Positions 1 to 10,366 of a DNA stretch of 64,000 bases are shown here, piece after piece (the stretch's first letter is position 1; every line of letters begins with the position of its first letter). The DNA is taken from contig OZ241853.1 of the NCBI GenBank assembly GCA_965202685.1, positions 2,852,616 through 2,916,615 on the forward strand. Direction: 5' to 3'. The notes beneath the pieces were generated by a model. The model did no database searches. It had not been told where the DNA came from and saw nothing but the letters and a program-made list of their open reading frames with translations. A program made the position numbers and the translations under genes. The DNA comes from Gammaproteobacteria bacterium. Its GTDB lineage: Bacteria; Pseudomonadota; Gammaproteobacteria; Eutrophobiales; Eutrophobiaceae.

Positions 1-663
1 CGGTTTTTGGACGACGGCTTCCAGGTGGTCAACATCTCGCGGAAGGCGCCGGACTTTTCCCACGAACGCCTGAGCAATTACGAGGCGGACCTCGCGGACC
101 GGTCCGCGGCGGCAAGGGTTGGCGCCGCCATCGCGGCGGAGCGCAAGGCGACGTATTTTGTGCATAACGCGGGGGTGATCCGGCCCGACCTGCTGGAGGA
201 TGTGAAGCTGGAGGACCTGGACTATTTGACGGAGTTGCACATAGGCAGCGCCATTGTTCTGGCGCAGTGTTTCACGCCGGCCATGCGGGACGCGGGGTTC
301 GGACGCATCGTCCTGATTTCGTCCCGGGGCGTCCTGGGCCTGGTCACCCGCACCAATTACGCGGCCACCAAGGCGGGCCAGATAGGACTGACCCGCACCT
401 GGGCCTTGGAACTGGCGGCGGCCGGGATCACGGTGAACTGCGTCGCCCCCGGCCCCATCGTGACGGACATGTTCCACGACCTGGTGCCGGAGGACAGCGA
501 ACAGAAGACCCGGATCGCCCAAAGCGTGCCAGTCAAGCGCCTGGGGACTCCTGAGGATGTGGGCCGGGTCGTCAAGTTCCTGTGCGAGGAGGAAAGCGGC
601 TTCATCACGGGGCAGACCTGGTATGTCTGCGGCGGTGCCAGCCTGGGCTCATTGGCTCTGTAA
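1..663 (+). CDS. SDR family (FabG-like) oxidoreductase, 5'-truncated by window edge
   Basis: HNAG, YAATK (YxxxK), VNCVAPG and ITGQ motifs; the N-terminal GxxxGxG motif lies outside the window. Confidence 0.9.
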   Translation, partial: RFLDDGFQVVNISRKAPDFSHERLSNYEADLADRSAAARVGAAIAAERKATYFVHNAGVIRPDLLEDVKLEDLDYLTELHIGSAIVLAQCFTPAMRDAGFGRIVLISSRGVLGLVTRTNYAATKAGQIGLTRTWALELAAAGITVNCVAPGPIVTDMFHDLVPEDSEQKTRIAQSVPVKRLGTPEDVGRVVKFLCEEESGFITGQTWYVCGGASLGSLAL

Positions 664-719
664 GACCCGGCGCCGGCGCGCCGCCGGGCTTGCAGGCAGC
701 CCCGCGGCGTTTGCCTGTT

Positions 720-2285
720 TCAGACCTGCCGGCCTTGCCCCCGCCAGTAGGGGGCCCGCAGGCGAGGCTTGTCCACTTTGCCCATGGCCAAGCGGGGCAG
801 TTTTTCCATGAACACGATTTTTTTCGGTTTTTTATAGCTCGCTATCAGCTGGCGGCAGTGTTCCACCAACTCATCCGCCTGGACCCCGTGGCCTTCGTTT
901 AACACCACGCAAGCGCAAACCGCCTCGCCCCAGCGTTCATCCGGGATGCCGATGACGGCGCATTGCTTGACAGCCTCATGCCGTTCCAGGGCTCTCTCGA
1001 CTTCGCGGGGGTGGATGTTTTCCCCGCCGGAGATGATCAGGTCTTTTTTCCGGTCTATGATGAACAGGAAGCCCTGCCCATCCAAATAGCCTATGTCGCC
1101 CATGGCCAGCCAGCCATCCCTCAGCGTCTCGGCGGTTCCTTGGGGGTCGTTCCAGTAGCCCTGCATGAGGTTCGGATGGCGGACAAGGATCTCGCCAGCC
1201 TCGCCGACGCCGGCGGGATCGCCAGCGGAGGTAAGGATCTTCAGTTCCACGCCGGCATCGACCTGACCGGCGGACAGCAGGCGGCGTTGCTGTTCCGCGC
1301 TCCCGCCGGGTTGGTGCTGGCGTTTGGCAAGGTTTGAAATGGCGCCGCCCTCGGTGGAGCCGTACTGCTGGATGAACACCGGGCCGAACACCTGCAACGC
1401 CTTTCTCAGCAGGGCCTCGCGAATGGGGGCGGTGGAGTAAAAAATGGTCTTCACTTGCGAAGGGGCGCGGCGCTTGGCGCCTTCATCGGCGAGCAGCATT
1501 TCAATCATGGCAGGCACCAATTGCAGGGTGGTGATGCCTTCTGTTCGCAAAGCCTCCCAGACCCCAGCGGGGTCGAACTCCTGCCGCAGATGAATGGCGG
1601 CGCCCTGCAGGTGGTGGGCCAGTTGCAGAAACTTGGCGCCGACATGAAACAGGGGCTGCGATAACAGGAAACGGTCCGTGGCGGCGATGCCCGCCGCGTT
1701 GCTGATGGCCTGGGCCGTGCCGTATTGCGAGCCTTGGTCAAGCACGGCGCCCCGAGGTTTGCCGGTTGTGCCGCTGGTGTGCACGATATAGACAGGGGCC
1801 TCGGCCGGCGGCGGCTCGGCAGGGGGAGCGACGGCGCCGTTGGCGATGAAATCCTCGTAGGGCGCGGTCCCGGCAGGGGCGCTGTCTCCGCCTATTTGAA
1901 CCCGATGGGGCGCGCTGGTCAGGGCCGCCCGCGCCGTTGCCACGGTGTCTGCGAACTCGTTGGCGTGGAACAGGAAGGCGGGCCCGGCGTTGTTGCTGAT
2001 CTCGATGATCTCAGGCGCGGTCAGCCGGTGGTTAATCGGCGCCGCGATGAACCCCGCCACCTCGCAAGCGCCGTAGATTTCCAGGTGTTCCGCGCAATTT
2101 CGGGACAGGATGGCGACCCGGTCGCCGCGCCGGCAACCGCGCCTCCTTAGGGCGTCCGCCAGCTGAAAAACGCGCCGGGCGTGTTGGCCGAAGGTCCAGG
2201 TTTTGCCCCCCGGCTCCACCAGGGCCGCGCGCTCCGGAATGCGCCGGGCGTTGTCGAGGATGATGTTCGCGACGGTGTTGCTCAT
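720..2285 (-). CDS. AMP-binding acyl-CoA synthetase / long-chain fatty-acid-CoA ligase-like
   Basis: HTSGTTGKPRG P-loop, YGSTE, GDIG...DRKKDLIISGG and C-terminal GKVDK. Confidence 0.92.
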   Translation of the reverse strand: MSNTVANIILDNARRIPERAALVEPGGKTWTFGQHARRVFQLADALRRRGCRRGDRVAILSRNCAEHLEIYGACEVAGFIAAPINHRLTAPEIIEISNNAGPAFLFHANEFADTVATARAALTSAPHRVQIGGDSAPAGTAPYEDFIANGAVAPPAEPPPAEAPVYIVHTSGTTGKPRGAVLDQGSQYGTAQAISNAAGIAATDRFLLSQPLFHVGAKFLQLAHHLQGAAIHLRQEFDPAGVWEALRTEGITTLQLVPAMIEMLLADEGAKRRAPSQVKTIFYSTAPIREALLRKALQVFGPVFIQQYGSTEGGAISNLAKRQHQPGGSAEQQRRLLSAGQVDAGVELKILTSAGDPAGVGEAGEILVRHPNLMQGYWNDPQGTAETLRDGWLAMGDIGYLDGQGFLFIIDRKKDLIISGGENIHPREVERALERHEAVKQCAVIGIPDERWGEAVCACVVLNEGHGVQADELVEHCRQLIASYKKPKKIVFMEKLPRLAMGKVDKPRLRAPYWRGQGRQV

Positions 2286-2301
2286 CCCGGACCGGCGGGC
2301 T

Positions 2302-3555
2302 TTAGGGATGGAAAAACAGGCGCAGACCCAGATAGAAAACGGCGAACAGCGACAAGGCCCAGAGGCAGGCGAGGCTGTACCGCGTCAGGGCCGCGCTGGG
2401 TCTGGCGGTTGCCGGCACGGCTGGCGCGTGCATGGCCCGGTGGATCAGCCAGGCGAACACCGGCGCGGCCACGAATGCCAAAGTGGTGGCGAAATCGATC
2501 AGGGTTTTGAAGGAGCCGATGAAAAACAACAGGATGGCTATGGCCCCCAGGCCCATGGCGACCACAAAGCCGGCGTAAATCCTGAATTGGGCGGTGTCCG
2601 AGCCGAGCTGAGGACGATAGCAGGCCAACAGGGCGGCGAAGCCGCGGGGGAAGCCGTCATGCACGACGATGACGGTTGACAGCATGGCGGCGAAGGCCGC
2701 CAACGCGACAACGGGTCTGGCCCAGTCTCCCAAAGTGGTTGCGTAGATGTCGATCAGCTGGGAGGAAAACGCCGCGGCGCCGGCGGCGAATTCCTTGCCT
2801 GAGCCGTGCATCACGGCGGCTCCTAAGGCCATGAAACACAGGGCCAAGGCCAGGGTTGAGAAGTAGCCGACATGGTAGTCCTGCCGGATTTCACGGATGG
2901 TCAGGGACTGGCTTTTTTTCTTTTCCAGCACCCATAATGACTGCCAGAGACAAGTCTCAAAAGGCGCTGGCATCCACCCCACCAGGGCCGCTAAAAACAA
3001 CAGCGCCGGCCTGTTCAGCACCTCCGGGGTGAACACATCGGCGGCCCGCCAGTCGATCAGGGGCAGAGACGCCGCCGTCGCGATGAGCGTGGAAACGAAG
3101 AGGACGATCACCAAGACTTTCACCATCCGATCCAGCCATCGGTAGCGCCCCAGGATGAGACAGGCGCCCGTGAAGGCCACCAGGGCGGCGGCGATGACGC
3201 CAATGGACAAGTCCAGTCCAAAACTGATCTTCGCCAGCCCGGAGGTGATCAGCGCAATGGCGGCGAAGCCGGTGAACATGACGCCGAGCATGATGAAGCC
3301 GCACAACGCCAGGGCCCAGTTTCCCTCTTTCTTGAAACCCTCCAGCAGATGTTGGCCTGTGGCGTGGGCGTACTCATGTCCGAAGCGGAAGGTCGGATAT
3401 TTCATGACGAACGCCAAGACAACGAACAACAGCAAGTCCATGCCGAACAAGGCGCCGGCCCGGGTTGACTGCACCAGGTGGGAGACCCCGATGCAAACGG
3501 CGGCCAAGAGCAGGCCGGGGCCTAGGATGGCGAAAAATCGGCGGTTGAATTTCAT
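2302..3555 (-). CDS. NRAMP/MntH-like family membrane transporter
   Basis: About 11 hydrophobic segments; N-terminal LGPGLLLAAVCIGVSHLVQSTRAGA typical of NRAMP-like proteins. Confidence 0.8.
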   Translation of the reverse strand: MKFNRRFFAILGPGLLLAAVCIGVSHLVQSTRAGALFGMDLLLFVVLAFVMKYPTFRFGHEYAHATGQHLLEGFKKEGNWALALCGFIMLGVMFTGFAAIALITSGLAKISFGLDLSIGVIAAALVAFTGACLILGRYRWLDRMVKVLVIVLFVSTLIATAASLPLIDWRAADVFTPEVLNRPALLFLAALVGWMPAPFETCLWQSLWVLEKKKSQSLTIREIRQDYHVGYFSTLALALCFMALGAAVMHGSGKEFAAGAAAFSSQLIDIYATTLGDWARPVVALAAFAAMLSTVIVVHDGFPRGFAALLACYRPQLGSDTAQFRIYAGFVVAMGLGAIAILLFFIGSFKTLIDFATTLAFVAAPVFAWLIHRAMHAPAVPATARPSAALTRYSLACLWALSLFAVFYLGLRLFFHP

Positions 3556-3599
3556 GGTCCGAACTGAACCGGCGCAAGGGGTTGAAGGATTTTATAATA

Positions 3600-4619
3600 T
3601 CAGAAGCGCGGACGACATTCGGTGAAAGTCCGCCCGAACCACGACTTGAAGGCGGATGAAAAACTGGGCAGGTTGGAGAAGCCAAGCATGTAGGTGATTT
3701 GCGTTGCGCTGAGTTCGGGATTTTGAAGGTACTCCAGAACCAGTTCCTTTCTCGCCTCTTCGCGCAAACGATGGAAACTTGTTTGCTCTTCTTGCAGTTT
3801 TCTTTGCAAGGTTCGGGCGCTCATGTTCAGGCTCGAGGCGATGTGGTCAATGGAGAAATCGCCGCTGCCCAGGGTTTGCAACACCCTCAGTTTCACCCGC
3901 AACGACAGGTGCTGATTTTCACTAAGGGAATGCAGGTAGTCGTTGCACAATTTGTCCTGGTAGTTCGCCAGTTGGGCGTTGGCGCTGGGCAACGGGATTT
4001 CAACGGCGGCGCGGGAAAAACGCAAGGCGTAGTTTTCAGCCTCGCAGAGCAGGGGCGCCTGCGTCAACTTTTTGAACGACGCCGTGTATTGGCCCTCGCT
4101 CCAGGGGACTTCCACGGCCGTCGGGGAGAATTCCGGCCCGCATAGTTCCCGGCAGATTTTCAATATGAACAGCGTCAGGACGTCGCTGGTGATGTGACTC
4201 TTGACCGGGCGCAAATCTTCTATGGCGAAGATGAATTCATTTTTCGTTTTCAGGGTTGACATCATTACCGATGAGCTGATGACCTCGCGGTAGGCGCAAA
4301 GGCGGTTGAGCAAGTCTTCAATGGAATGACTGGCGTACAGCCCAAAGCCCAAGGCGTGGAATGAACTCGCGTTGAGATATTGGGTGATTTTTTCCGCCAG
4401 GATGGCGCTGTCGGCGACGCTGCTTTCGGCGATTTGCCAAACATGCTGCATTTTCGCCACGGGATTGCGAATGTGTGATTTCCCCTGGTCGTCAGGATTC
4501 AACCCGCAGTCAAGAAACACCTGCCTGCCGTCAATCCCTAAGGCCTGCAACGCCAGCAGGACGGCGCGGCCCCAGCCGCTAATGGAAGTCCCAAGATGCA
4601 AATCGGCGACTTTGTTCAT
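3600..4619 (-). CDS. AraC family transcriptional regulator (N-terminal ligand-binding domain)
   Basis: C-terminal IASSLNMSARTLQRKL...LGFSNLPSFSSAFKSWFG double HTH; divergent from the TonB receptor. Confidence 0.93.
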   Translation of the reverse strand: MNKVADLHLGTSISGWGRAVLLALQALGIDGRQVFLDCGLNPDDQGKSHIRNPVAKMQHVWQIAESSVADSAILAEKITQYLNASSFHALGFGLYASHSIEDLLNRLCAYREVISSSVMMSTLKTKNEFIFAIEDLRPVKSHITSDVLTLFILKICRELCGPEFSPTAVEVPWSEGQYTASFKKLTQAPLLCEAENYALRFSRAAVEIPLPSANAQLANYQDKLCNDYLHSLSENQHLSLRVKLRVLQTLGSGDFSIDHIASSLNMSARTLQRKLQEEQTSFHRLREEARKELVLEYLQNPELSATQITYMLGFSNLPSFSSAFKSWFGRTFTECRPRF

Positions 4620-4722
4620 CAGGTTGGCGCATTAAATAAATAGAGTAGCGCGATATATTAAATTAGATTCGGGGGGTTGTGAAAACATAAATAGGTCTGA
4701 TTGGCTTTATGGAGGCACGCAA

Positions 4723-6975
4723 ATGAAAACTCGTTTTTTGCTCGTTCCCGCCTCGCTTCTGCTCCTGGCCGGCCAGGGCGTCGCCCAAGCCGTTCTGGAG
4801 GAAGTGACCGTAACCGCCCGGAAAAGGGCTGAATCCCTTGCCGATGTGCCGATTTCGATTTCGGTGACCGCCGGCGAGAAGCTCGAACAGATGTCCCTGC
4901 GGGGCCTAGAGGAGCTTTCCGGCTTCACGCCGAACTTGCAGGTCAATGAAAACGCGACCCAGCAGACGGTGACGATCCGGGGGATAGGCTCCGGCGCGAA
5001 TCAGGCCTTTGAACAGTCAGTCGGCACCTACATAGACGGGGTGTATTTCGGCCGTGGCCGCTCGGCCCGGAACCCGTTTTTCGATGTGGAGCGGGTGGAA
5101 ATTCTAAAAGGGCCTCAAGGCATACTCTTTGGCAAAAACACCATTGCGGGGGCCATCAATGTCACGACCCGCAAGCCGACGGAAGAGACTGAGGGCTACC
5201 TGGAAGGCGAGTACTTTTCCGAAACGGATCAATGGGGGGTGACAGGCGTGGTTTCCGGCCCTCTCGCGGACAATTTCTTCGGGCGGTTGGCGGCCAATTA
5301 CAAGTCTGAAGGAGGCTATGTCAGCAACTCGTTCACTGGCGGCGATGAGGCCGACCGGGATGAGTATGTGATCAGGGGGACTCTGGTGTGGGAGACCGAC
5401 AAACTGCAAGCGGTCTTGAAGGGCGAGTTTTCTTCTTATGATGTCAAGGGCAGGACGGCGCAGAATGTGGCGGCAGGCCCGCTGGCGGGCTTGTACGCCG
5501 GCTTTGACCCTGAGTTTGAATCGAACCTGGATTTCAACAGCTCCACGCCCGGCGACGACTTTGACAACACGGACACGGGCAACGGCACCCTGTCCATAGA
5601 TTATGACTTGACCGATGATTTGACGCTGACTTCGGTCACCTCGTATGTTGAATACGATTTCAACAACAACATACCCGCCGAGTTCGCTCCTGTGGTGGAT
5701 TACGCCGAACAGGCGAACCTGCAGGAGCATGAGCAATTTTCAGAAGAATTGCGCCTGCATTTCGTCTCTCCGGACGCCCGGTTCGAATTCCTGGGGGGAC
5801 TTTATTACCAGTCCGAGAAATTGGGCATAGAGGAATCCTTCCATTTCAATCTGTCCAAACTGATTGATGAGGGCGTGAATCTGTTCCCCCTGAACTCCAC
5901 CATCATCACCTTCTATGACCAGGACACGGAAAGCTTCGCAGCCTTTGGCGAGGGTAGCTACGACATTCTCGACCGGCTGACCTTGTCCGTGGGCTTGCGC
6001 TACACCCATGATGAAAAAGAGGTGGACAAGGAGCTCCTTGTGGCCGCCCTGGGAACGCAGACCCGGGCCCCCGGACAAGAGCCGCTGGCCCGCATTATCG
6101 GCCGCGTTCCCCATGCCTACAGCCTGGAGCGGACCGACACTGATCTGTCCCCGTCTGTGGGGATTCAATTCGAAGTGAGCGATGGCTCCATGCTCTACGC
6201 CACCTATTCCGAGGGCTTCAAGGCGGGCGGGTTCGATGCCCAAAATGTGGGCGGCGCCCTGGATCTGGCGGCGTTTGAGCCGGAAGAAGCGAAGGCGTAC
6301 GAGATCGGCGGCAAGTTGACTTTCGGCGGCGGCGCGGCCAAGCTGAACATCGCGTACTTTCACAACGAGTATGTCGATTTGCAGGTCGCCGCCTGGAACG
6401 GGCTGGTTTTCACGGTGCAGAACGCGGCCTCCGCGACTTCCCAGGGGGTGGAGCTTGATGGCCAATGGCAGGTGACGGACAACTTTGTTTTAGGGGGAGC
6501 CTTGGCCTGGTTGGACGCGGAATACGACCGCTTCCTCAACGCGACTTGCACCGCGCCGCAACAAACGGCCTTCGCCGCCGCCACCGGGATGCCTCCCGGC
6601 CGTTGCGTTCAGGACTTGTCCGGCGCCGACTTGCAATTCTCGCCGGAGCTCGCCGGCAATGTGAACGCGGCGTATTCGATGCCGGTCATGGGTGATTATC
6701 AGCTGACCCTGCAGGGGGATGTCAACTTCACCAGCAGCTACCACACGGCGCTGGATCTAGACCCCCTGGCCCGGCAGGACGGGTTCGCGAAACTCAACCT
6801 CAGGGCGGAGCTGGCGGGAGGCGATGGCCGCTGGAGCGTGGCGGTGGTGGGCAAGAATCTCACCGATGAGAAGACCACGACCTGGGTGAACGATGTGCCT
6901 GTCTTCCGGGGCGCTTATTTCGGTTTTATCGACCCGCCGCGATCGGTGGGGGTGCAGGCCCGGGTTTCAATGTAA
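4723..6975 (+). CDS. TonB-dependent receptor
   Basis: Signal peptide, LEEVTVTARKR TonB box, RVEILKGPQGILFGKN plug motif, GGAGG SD. Confidence 0.95.
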   Translation: MKTRFLLVPASLLLLAGQGVAQAVLEEVTVTARKRAESLADVPISISVTAGEKLEQMSLRGLEELSGFTPNLQVNENATQQTVTIRGIGSGANQAFEQSVGTYIDGVYFGRGRSARNPFFDVERVEILKGPQGILFGKNTIAGAINVTTRKPTEETEGYLEGEYFSETDQWGVTGVVSGPLADNFFGRLAANYKSEGGYVSNSFTGGDEADRDEYVIRGTLVWETDKLQAVLKGEFSSYDVKGRTAQNVAAGPLAGLYAGFDPEFESNLDFNSSTPGDDFDNTDTGNGTLSIDYDLTDDLTLTSVTSYVEYDFNNNIPAEFAPVVDYAEQANLQEHEQFSEELRLHFVSPDARFEFLGGLYYQSEKLGIEESFHFNLSKLIDEGVNLFPLNSTIITFYDQDTESFAAFGEGSYDILDRLTLSVGLRYTHDEKEVDKELLVAALGTQTRAPGQEPLARIIGRVPHAYSLERTDTDLSPSVGIQFEVSDGSMLYATYSEGFKAGGFDAQNVGGALDLAAFEPEEAKAYEIGGKLTFGGGAAKLNIAYFHNEYVDLQVAAWNGLVFTVQNAASATSQGVELDGQWQVTDNFVLGGALAWLDAEYDRFLNATCTAPQQTAFAAATGMPPGRCVQDLSGADLQFSPELAGNVNAAYSMPVMGDYQLTLQGDVNFTSSYHTALDLDPLARQDGFAKLNLRAELAGGDGRWSVAVVGKNLTDEKTTTWVNDVPVFRGAYFGFIDPPRSVGVQARVSM

Positions 6976-6984
6976 AATCGCTCC

Positions 6985-8553
6985 ATGGGCCGCTTGTGGT
7001 TGCTTTGTTTGTGCCTCGCCGGGGGGGCTTGCGCCAACCTTTGCCTGGCTGCGCCTGACAAGCCGCCGAATGTCCTGTTCATCCTCACCGACAATCAGGC
7101 GGCCAGCCTGTTAGGCGCCTACGGCAATCCCGAAGTCAGGACGCCCCATGTGGACCGGCTGGCCCGGGAGGGAATCAAGTTCAATCGCGCCTACGCGGTC
7201 AACGGCATGTGTTCTCCCACCCGCGCCACCTTGATGACGGGCCTGATGCCGTCTCAACACGGTGTGCATAACTGGTTAGACGACGAGATGTTGGATCAGT
7301 GGCCCCGGAACTGGTCGGCGGTGGCGGAGTTTCGCACCTTGCCGCTGACGCTGAAAAACCGGGGGTATGACACGGCCCTGGTGGGGAAATGGCACCTGGG
7401 ACAGCCTTGGCGGCCGTCCATAGGCTACGATCACTGGGTCACCTTCACGGACGGGCACACGGTGGATTTCTGGGACAACACGGTGATCGACAACGGCAAG
7501 CAATACCAGGTCGCCGGCCGGCACATCGTGGATTTTTTCACCGACAAGGCTGTGGAATACATCAAGCAGCATGACGGCGAGAAGCCGTTTTATCTGCAAC
7601 TTAACTATGACGGCCCTTATGTCAACCCTCCCACCAATATGGGGCCGGCGCGCAACCGCTTTTACCAGGACTACGCGGGGCGGGAATTCAAGTCATTCCC
7701 GCGGGTCGCCTTCAATCAGAACATGGTTGACCAGCTGATCGACGAGGACAAGAAGAATCCCTTTATGACGGAAAAAATACGGCAGGGCATCGCCATGCAC
7801 AACGATCCGGCGACTATGGCCAATGTGGCCTCGCAGAACACCCTGGTGGATGACGGCGTCGGCAAGGTGTTGGCGGCCCTCAAGGAAGCCGGGCTGGAGG
7901 ACAGCACCATAGTCGTCTATTCATCGGACCAGGGCAACTTTTACGGGCAACATGGCCTGTGGATGCACACGGTGGTCACCACTCCGTCCAATCTGCACGA
8001 GACCGCCATGAACATTCCGTTGATCGCGCGGCATCCGGACAAGATCCAGCCGGGGCAGGTCAGCGATGAGTTGATAGGGCAATACGACGTGCCGGTGACC
8101 CTGCTGGATTATCTTGGGATCAGGGATGCGGCTTTCGCCAACACTCCCGGCAAGAGCTTCAGCGCTATCCTGCGGGGCGAGCCAGCAGAGGGAAATAAAG
8201 CGGTGTTCTTCGAGCAGGAGGAGACCCGGGGAGTGAGAACGGCGCGGTTTTCCTACTGGAAGCGACTGGAAACCACCGGCGAGCCGGAACTCTACGACAT
8301 GGCTAAGGACCCGGGGCAACACGCCAATGTTCACGGCCACCCCGAGTACGCCGCTATCGCCGCCGAGCTGGACCGGAAGCTGACCCGTTTTTTCAACCGC
8401 TATTCCGACAAGCAATATGACTTGTGGCGGGGGGGTACGGCGAAAGGCTCCGTCGTCAGGCCGGAGATGTTTCGCCGGATTTACGGGGAAGGCTGGACCA
8501 CGAAAGCGGAGCTGAAACCCCCATTCACTGAAGCGAACACGGGGCAGAGATAG
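6985..8553 (+). CDS. Formylglycine-dependent (Cys-type) sulfatase, exported
   Basis: PNVLFILTD, CSPTRATLMTG (CxPxR), GKWHLG, SDQG; signal peptide. Confidence 0.93.
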   Translation: MGRLWLLCLCLAGGACANLCLAAPDKPPNVLFILTDNQAASLLGAYGNPEVRTPHVDRLAREGIKFNRAYAVNGMCSPTRATLMTGLMPSQHGVHNWLDDEMLDQWPRNWSAVAEFRTLPLTLKNRGYDTALVGKWHLGQPWRPSIGYDHWVTFTDGHTVDFWDNTVIDNGKQYQVAGRHIVDFFTDKAVEYIKQHDGEKPFYLQLNYDGPYVNPPTNMGPARNRFYQDYAGREFKSFPRVAFNQNMVDQLIDEDKKNPFMTEKIRQGIAMHNDPATMANVASQNTLVDDGVGKVLAALKEAGLEDSTIVVYSSDQGNFYGQHGLWMHTVVTTPSNLHETAMNIPLIARHPDKIQPGQVSDELIGQYDVPVTLLDYLGIRDAAFANTPGKSFSAILRGEPAEGNKAVFFEQEETRGVRTARFSYWKRLETTGEPELYDMAKDPGQHANVHGHPEYAAIAAELDRKLTRFFNRYSDKQYDLWRGGTAKGSVVRPEMFRRIYGEGWTTKAELKPPFTEANTGQR

Positions 8554-8557
8554 ACTT

Positions 8558-10366
8558 GTGCTGACCTGGCGCAACTCTTTTTTCTGGCCCCTGGCGGTGG
8601 CGACCCTGATCTCAACGCCCGCTGTTGGCGAGAACATCGCCTATGACAAGCCATCTCCCAAGATTCATCCCCGCTTAACCGCGCACTCGCAGATCATGGC
8701 GAAGAAGATTTACCGCGTCCGGGACAATGTATATATCGCCTACGGCTACGGCCTGGCGAACAGCGCGATGATCGTAGGCGACGACGGCGTCATCATCATC
8801 GATGTCATGGAAGATCTGGAGCGCGGCCAAGAGGTGTTGGGCGAGTTTCGTAAGATCACCGACAAGCCGGTGAAGGCCATCGTCTATTCGCACAACCATA
8901 TCGACCATGTCGGCGGCGCGCGGGCCTTTGCCAGCCCGGAAGAGGTCGCTTCCGGCAAGGTGAAAGTCATCGCGCACTCCTCGCTGATGGACGCCGTTGT
9001 GAACTGGGCCGGCACGGTGGCCCCCATCCTGGGGCGGCGTTCATCTTATTTCGCCGGCTCTTTTCTGGAGCGGGGGCCGGAAGGCTGGGTGAACATGGGC
9101 ATAGGCCCGCGCATATTCACCGGACAGCCGACCTTGTTGCCGCCGAATCTGACTTTTGACGACAGCCTGGAGTTGACCATCGCGGGCGTTGAGATGCGCA
9201 TTGTCCATGTGCCAAGCGAAACCGACGATGAGATCGTGGTCTGGTTTCCGGGTTTGAAGGTCTTGCAAACGGCGGAGGTCTTGCAGGGCGAGGCGTTTCC
9301 CAATCTGCACACCATGCGCGGCACGAAGTATCGGGATCCCGTGAAATGGTACAAGGCGGTCGATGTGTTGCGGACCTTCCCCGCGCAACACATGGCGCCC
9401 TCCCACGGCAGACCTGTCCATGGCTACGACAATATCCAAGCAGTGCTGACGAATTACCGCGACGCCATTCAGTATGTCCATGATCAGTCCATTCGCCTGA
9501 TGAACAAGGGCGCGCTCCCGGAAGATCTGGCGGCGTTGGTCAAGTTGCCTCCCCACTTGGCCAATCACCCGTGGTTGGGCGAGTTCTATGGTTCGGTGAA
9601 AAATTCAGTGCGGCAGTTTTATTCGGGCTACATAGGCTGGTACCAGGGCGACCCTTGGGAAGTGGACAGATTGCCCCCTTTGCGCCGCGCGGCGCGCTAT
9701 GTCAGGGCCATGGGGGGGCGAGACGCGGTGCTTGACGAGGCCAAACAGGCCATTGATAAAGGCGAACCCACCTGGGCCGCTGAAATCCTCACTTATTTGC
9801 TGCGCATGGACGCCGAAGACCAGGAGGCGCGCCTCCTCAAGGCCCGGGCCTTGCGAGAATGGGGCTATGAGCAAATCACTTCCACCTGGAGAAACTGGGC
9901 CCTCACCGCGGCGAAAGAGCTGGAAGGCGACTTGCCCGCTGGGGCGGGCATTATGAAGAGCTCCCCCGACATCGCCAACGCCATTCCAAGCGGCAGAATG
10001 GCGGAGCTGTTGTCCACCCGGTTGAAGGCGGAGCAATGCGGGGAAGTCCGGCAACTCGTGGGGATGGTCATTGCCGACACTGGGGAGGCTTTTGCCCTCG
10101 AACTGAGGCGGGGGATTGCCGAGTTTCACCCTGAGTTGCCGGACGATGCCGTTGAGACAATCCGGCTTGTTCGTCAACAGCTGGTGGATCTCTTCATAGG
10201 CAAGCGCAGCCTGGCAGACATAGTGGAGCAGGCGGATCCGGTTGCGATAGCGGGAAGCCGTGACAAGATCGCGGCGTTTGCTTCCTGTTTCGAAACCCCG
10301 GACCGAGGGGCCATCACCTTGAGCGTCCCGGTGGATTTCGGCTATAGTGAGGTGGATGACCTTTAA
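8558..10366 (+). CDS. SdsA1/BDS1-like alkyl/aryl sulfatase (metallo-beta-lactamase fold), exported
   Basis: HNHIDH, PSETDD, FPNLHTMRGTKYRD, PSHG; dimerisation and SCP2-like C-terminus; signal peptide. Confidence 0.9.
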   Translation: MLTWRNSFFWPLAVATLISTPAVGENIAYDKPSPKIHPRLTAHSQIMAKKIYRVRDNVYIAYGYGLANSAMIVGDDGVIIIDVMEDLERGQEVLGEFRKITDKPVKAIVYSHNHIDHVGGARAFASPEEVASGKVKVIAHSSLMDAVVNWAGTVAPILGRRSSYFAGSFLERGPEGWVNMGIGPRIFTGQPTLLPPNLTFDDSLELTIAGVEMRIVHVPSETDDEIVVWFPGLKVLQTAEVLQGEAFPNLHTMRGTKYRDPVKWYKAVDVLRTFPAQHMAPSHGRPVHGYDNIQAVLTNYRDAIQYVHDQSIRLMNKGALPEDLAALVKLPPHLANHPWLGEFYGSVKNSVRQFYSGYIGWYQGDPWEVDRLPPLRRAARYVRAMGGRDAVLDEAKQAIDKGEPTWAAEILTYLLRMDAEDQEARLLKARALREWGYEQITSTWRNWALTAAKELEGDLPAGAGIMKSSPDIANAIPSGRMAELLSTRLKAEQCGEVRQLVGMVIADTGEAFALELRRGIAEFHPELPDDAVETIRLVRQQLVDLFIGKRSLADIVEQADPVAIAGSRDKIAAFASCFETPDRGAITLSVPVDFGYSEVDDL

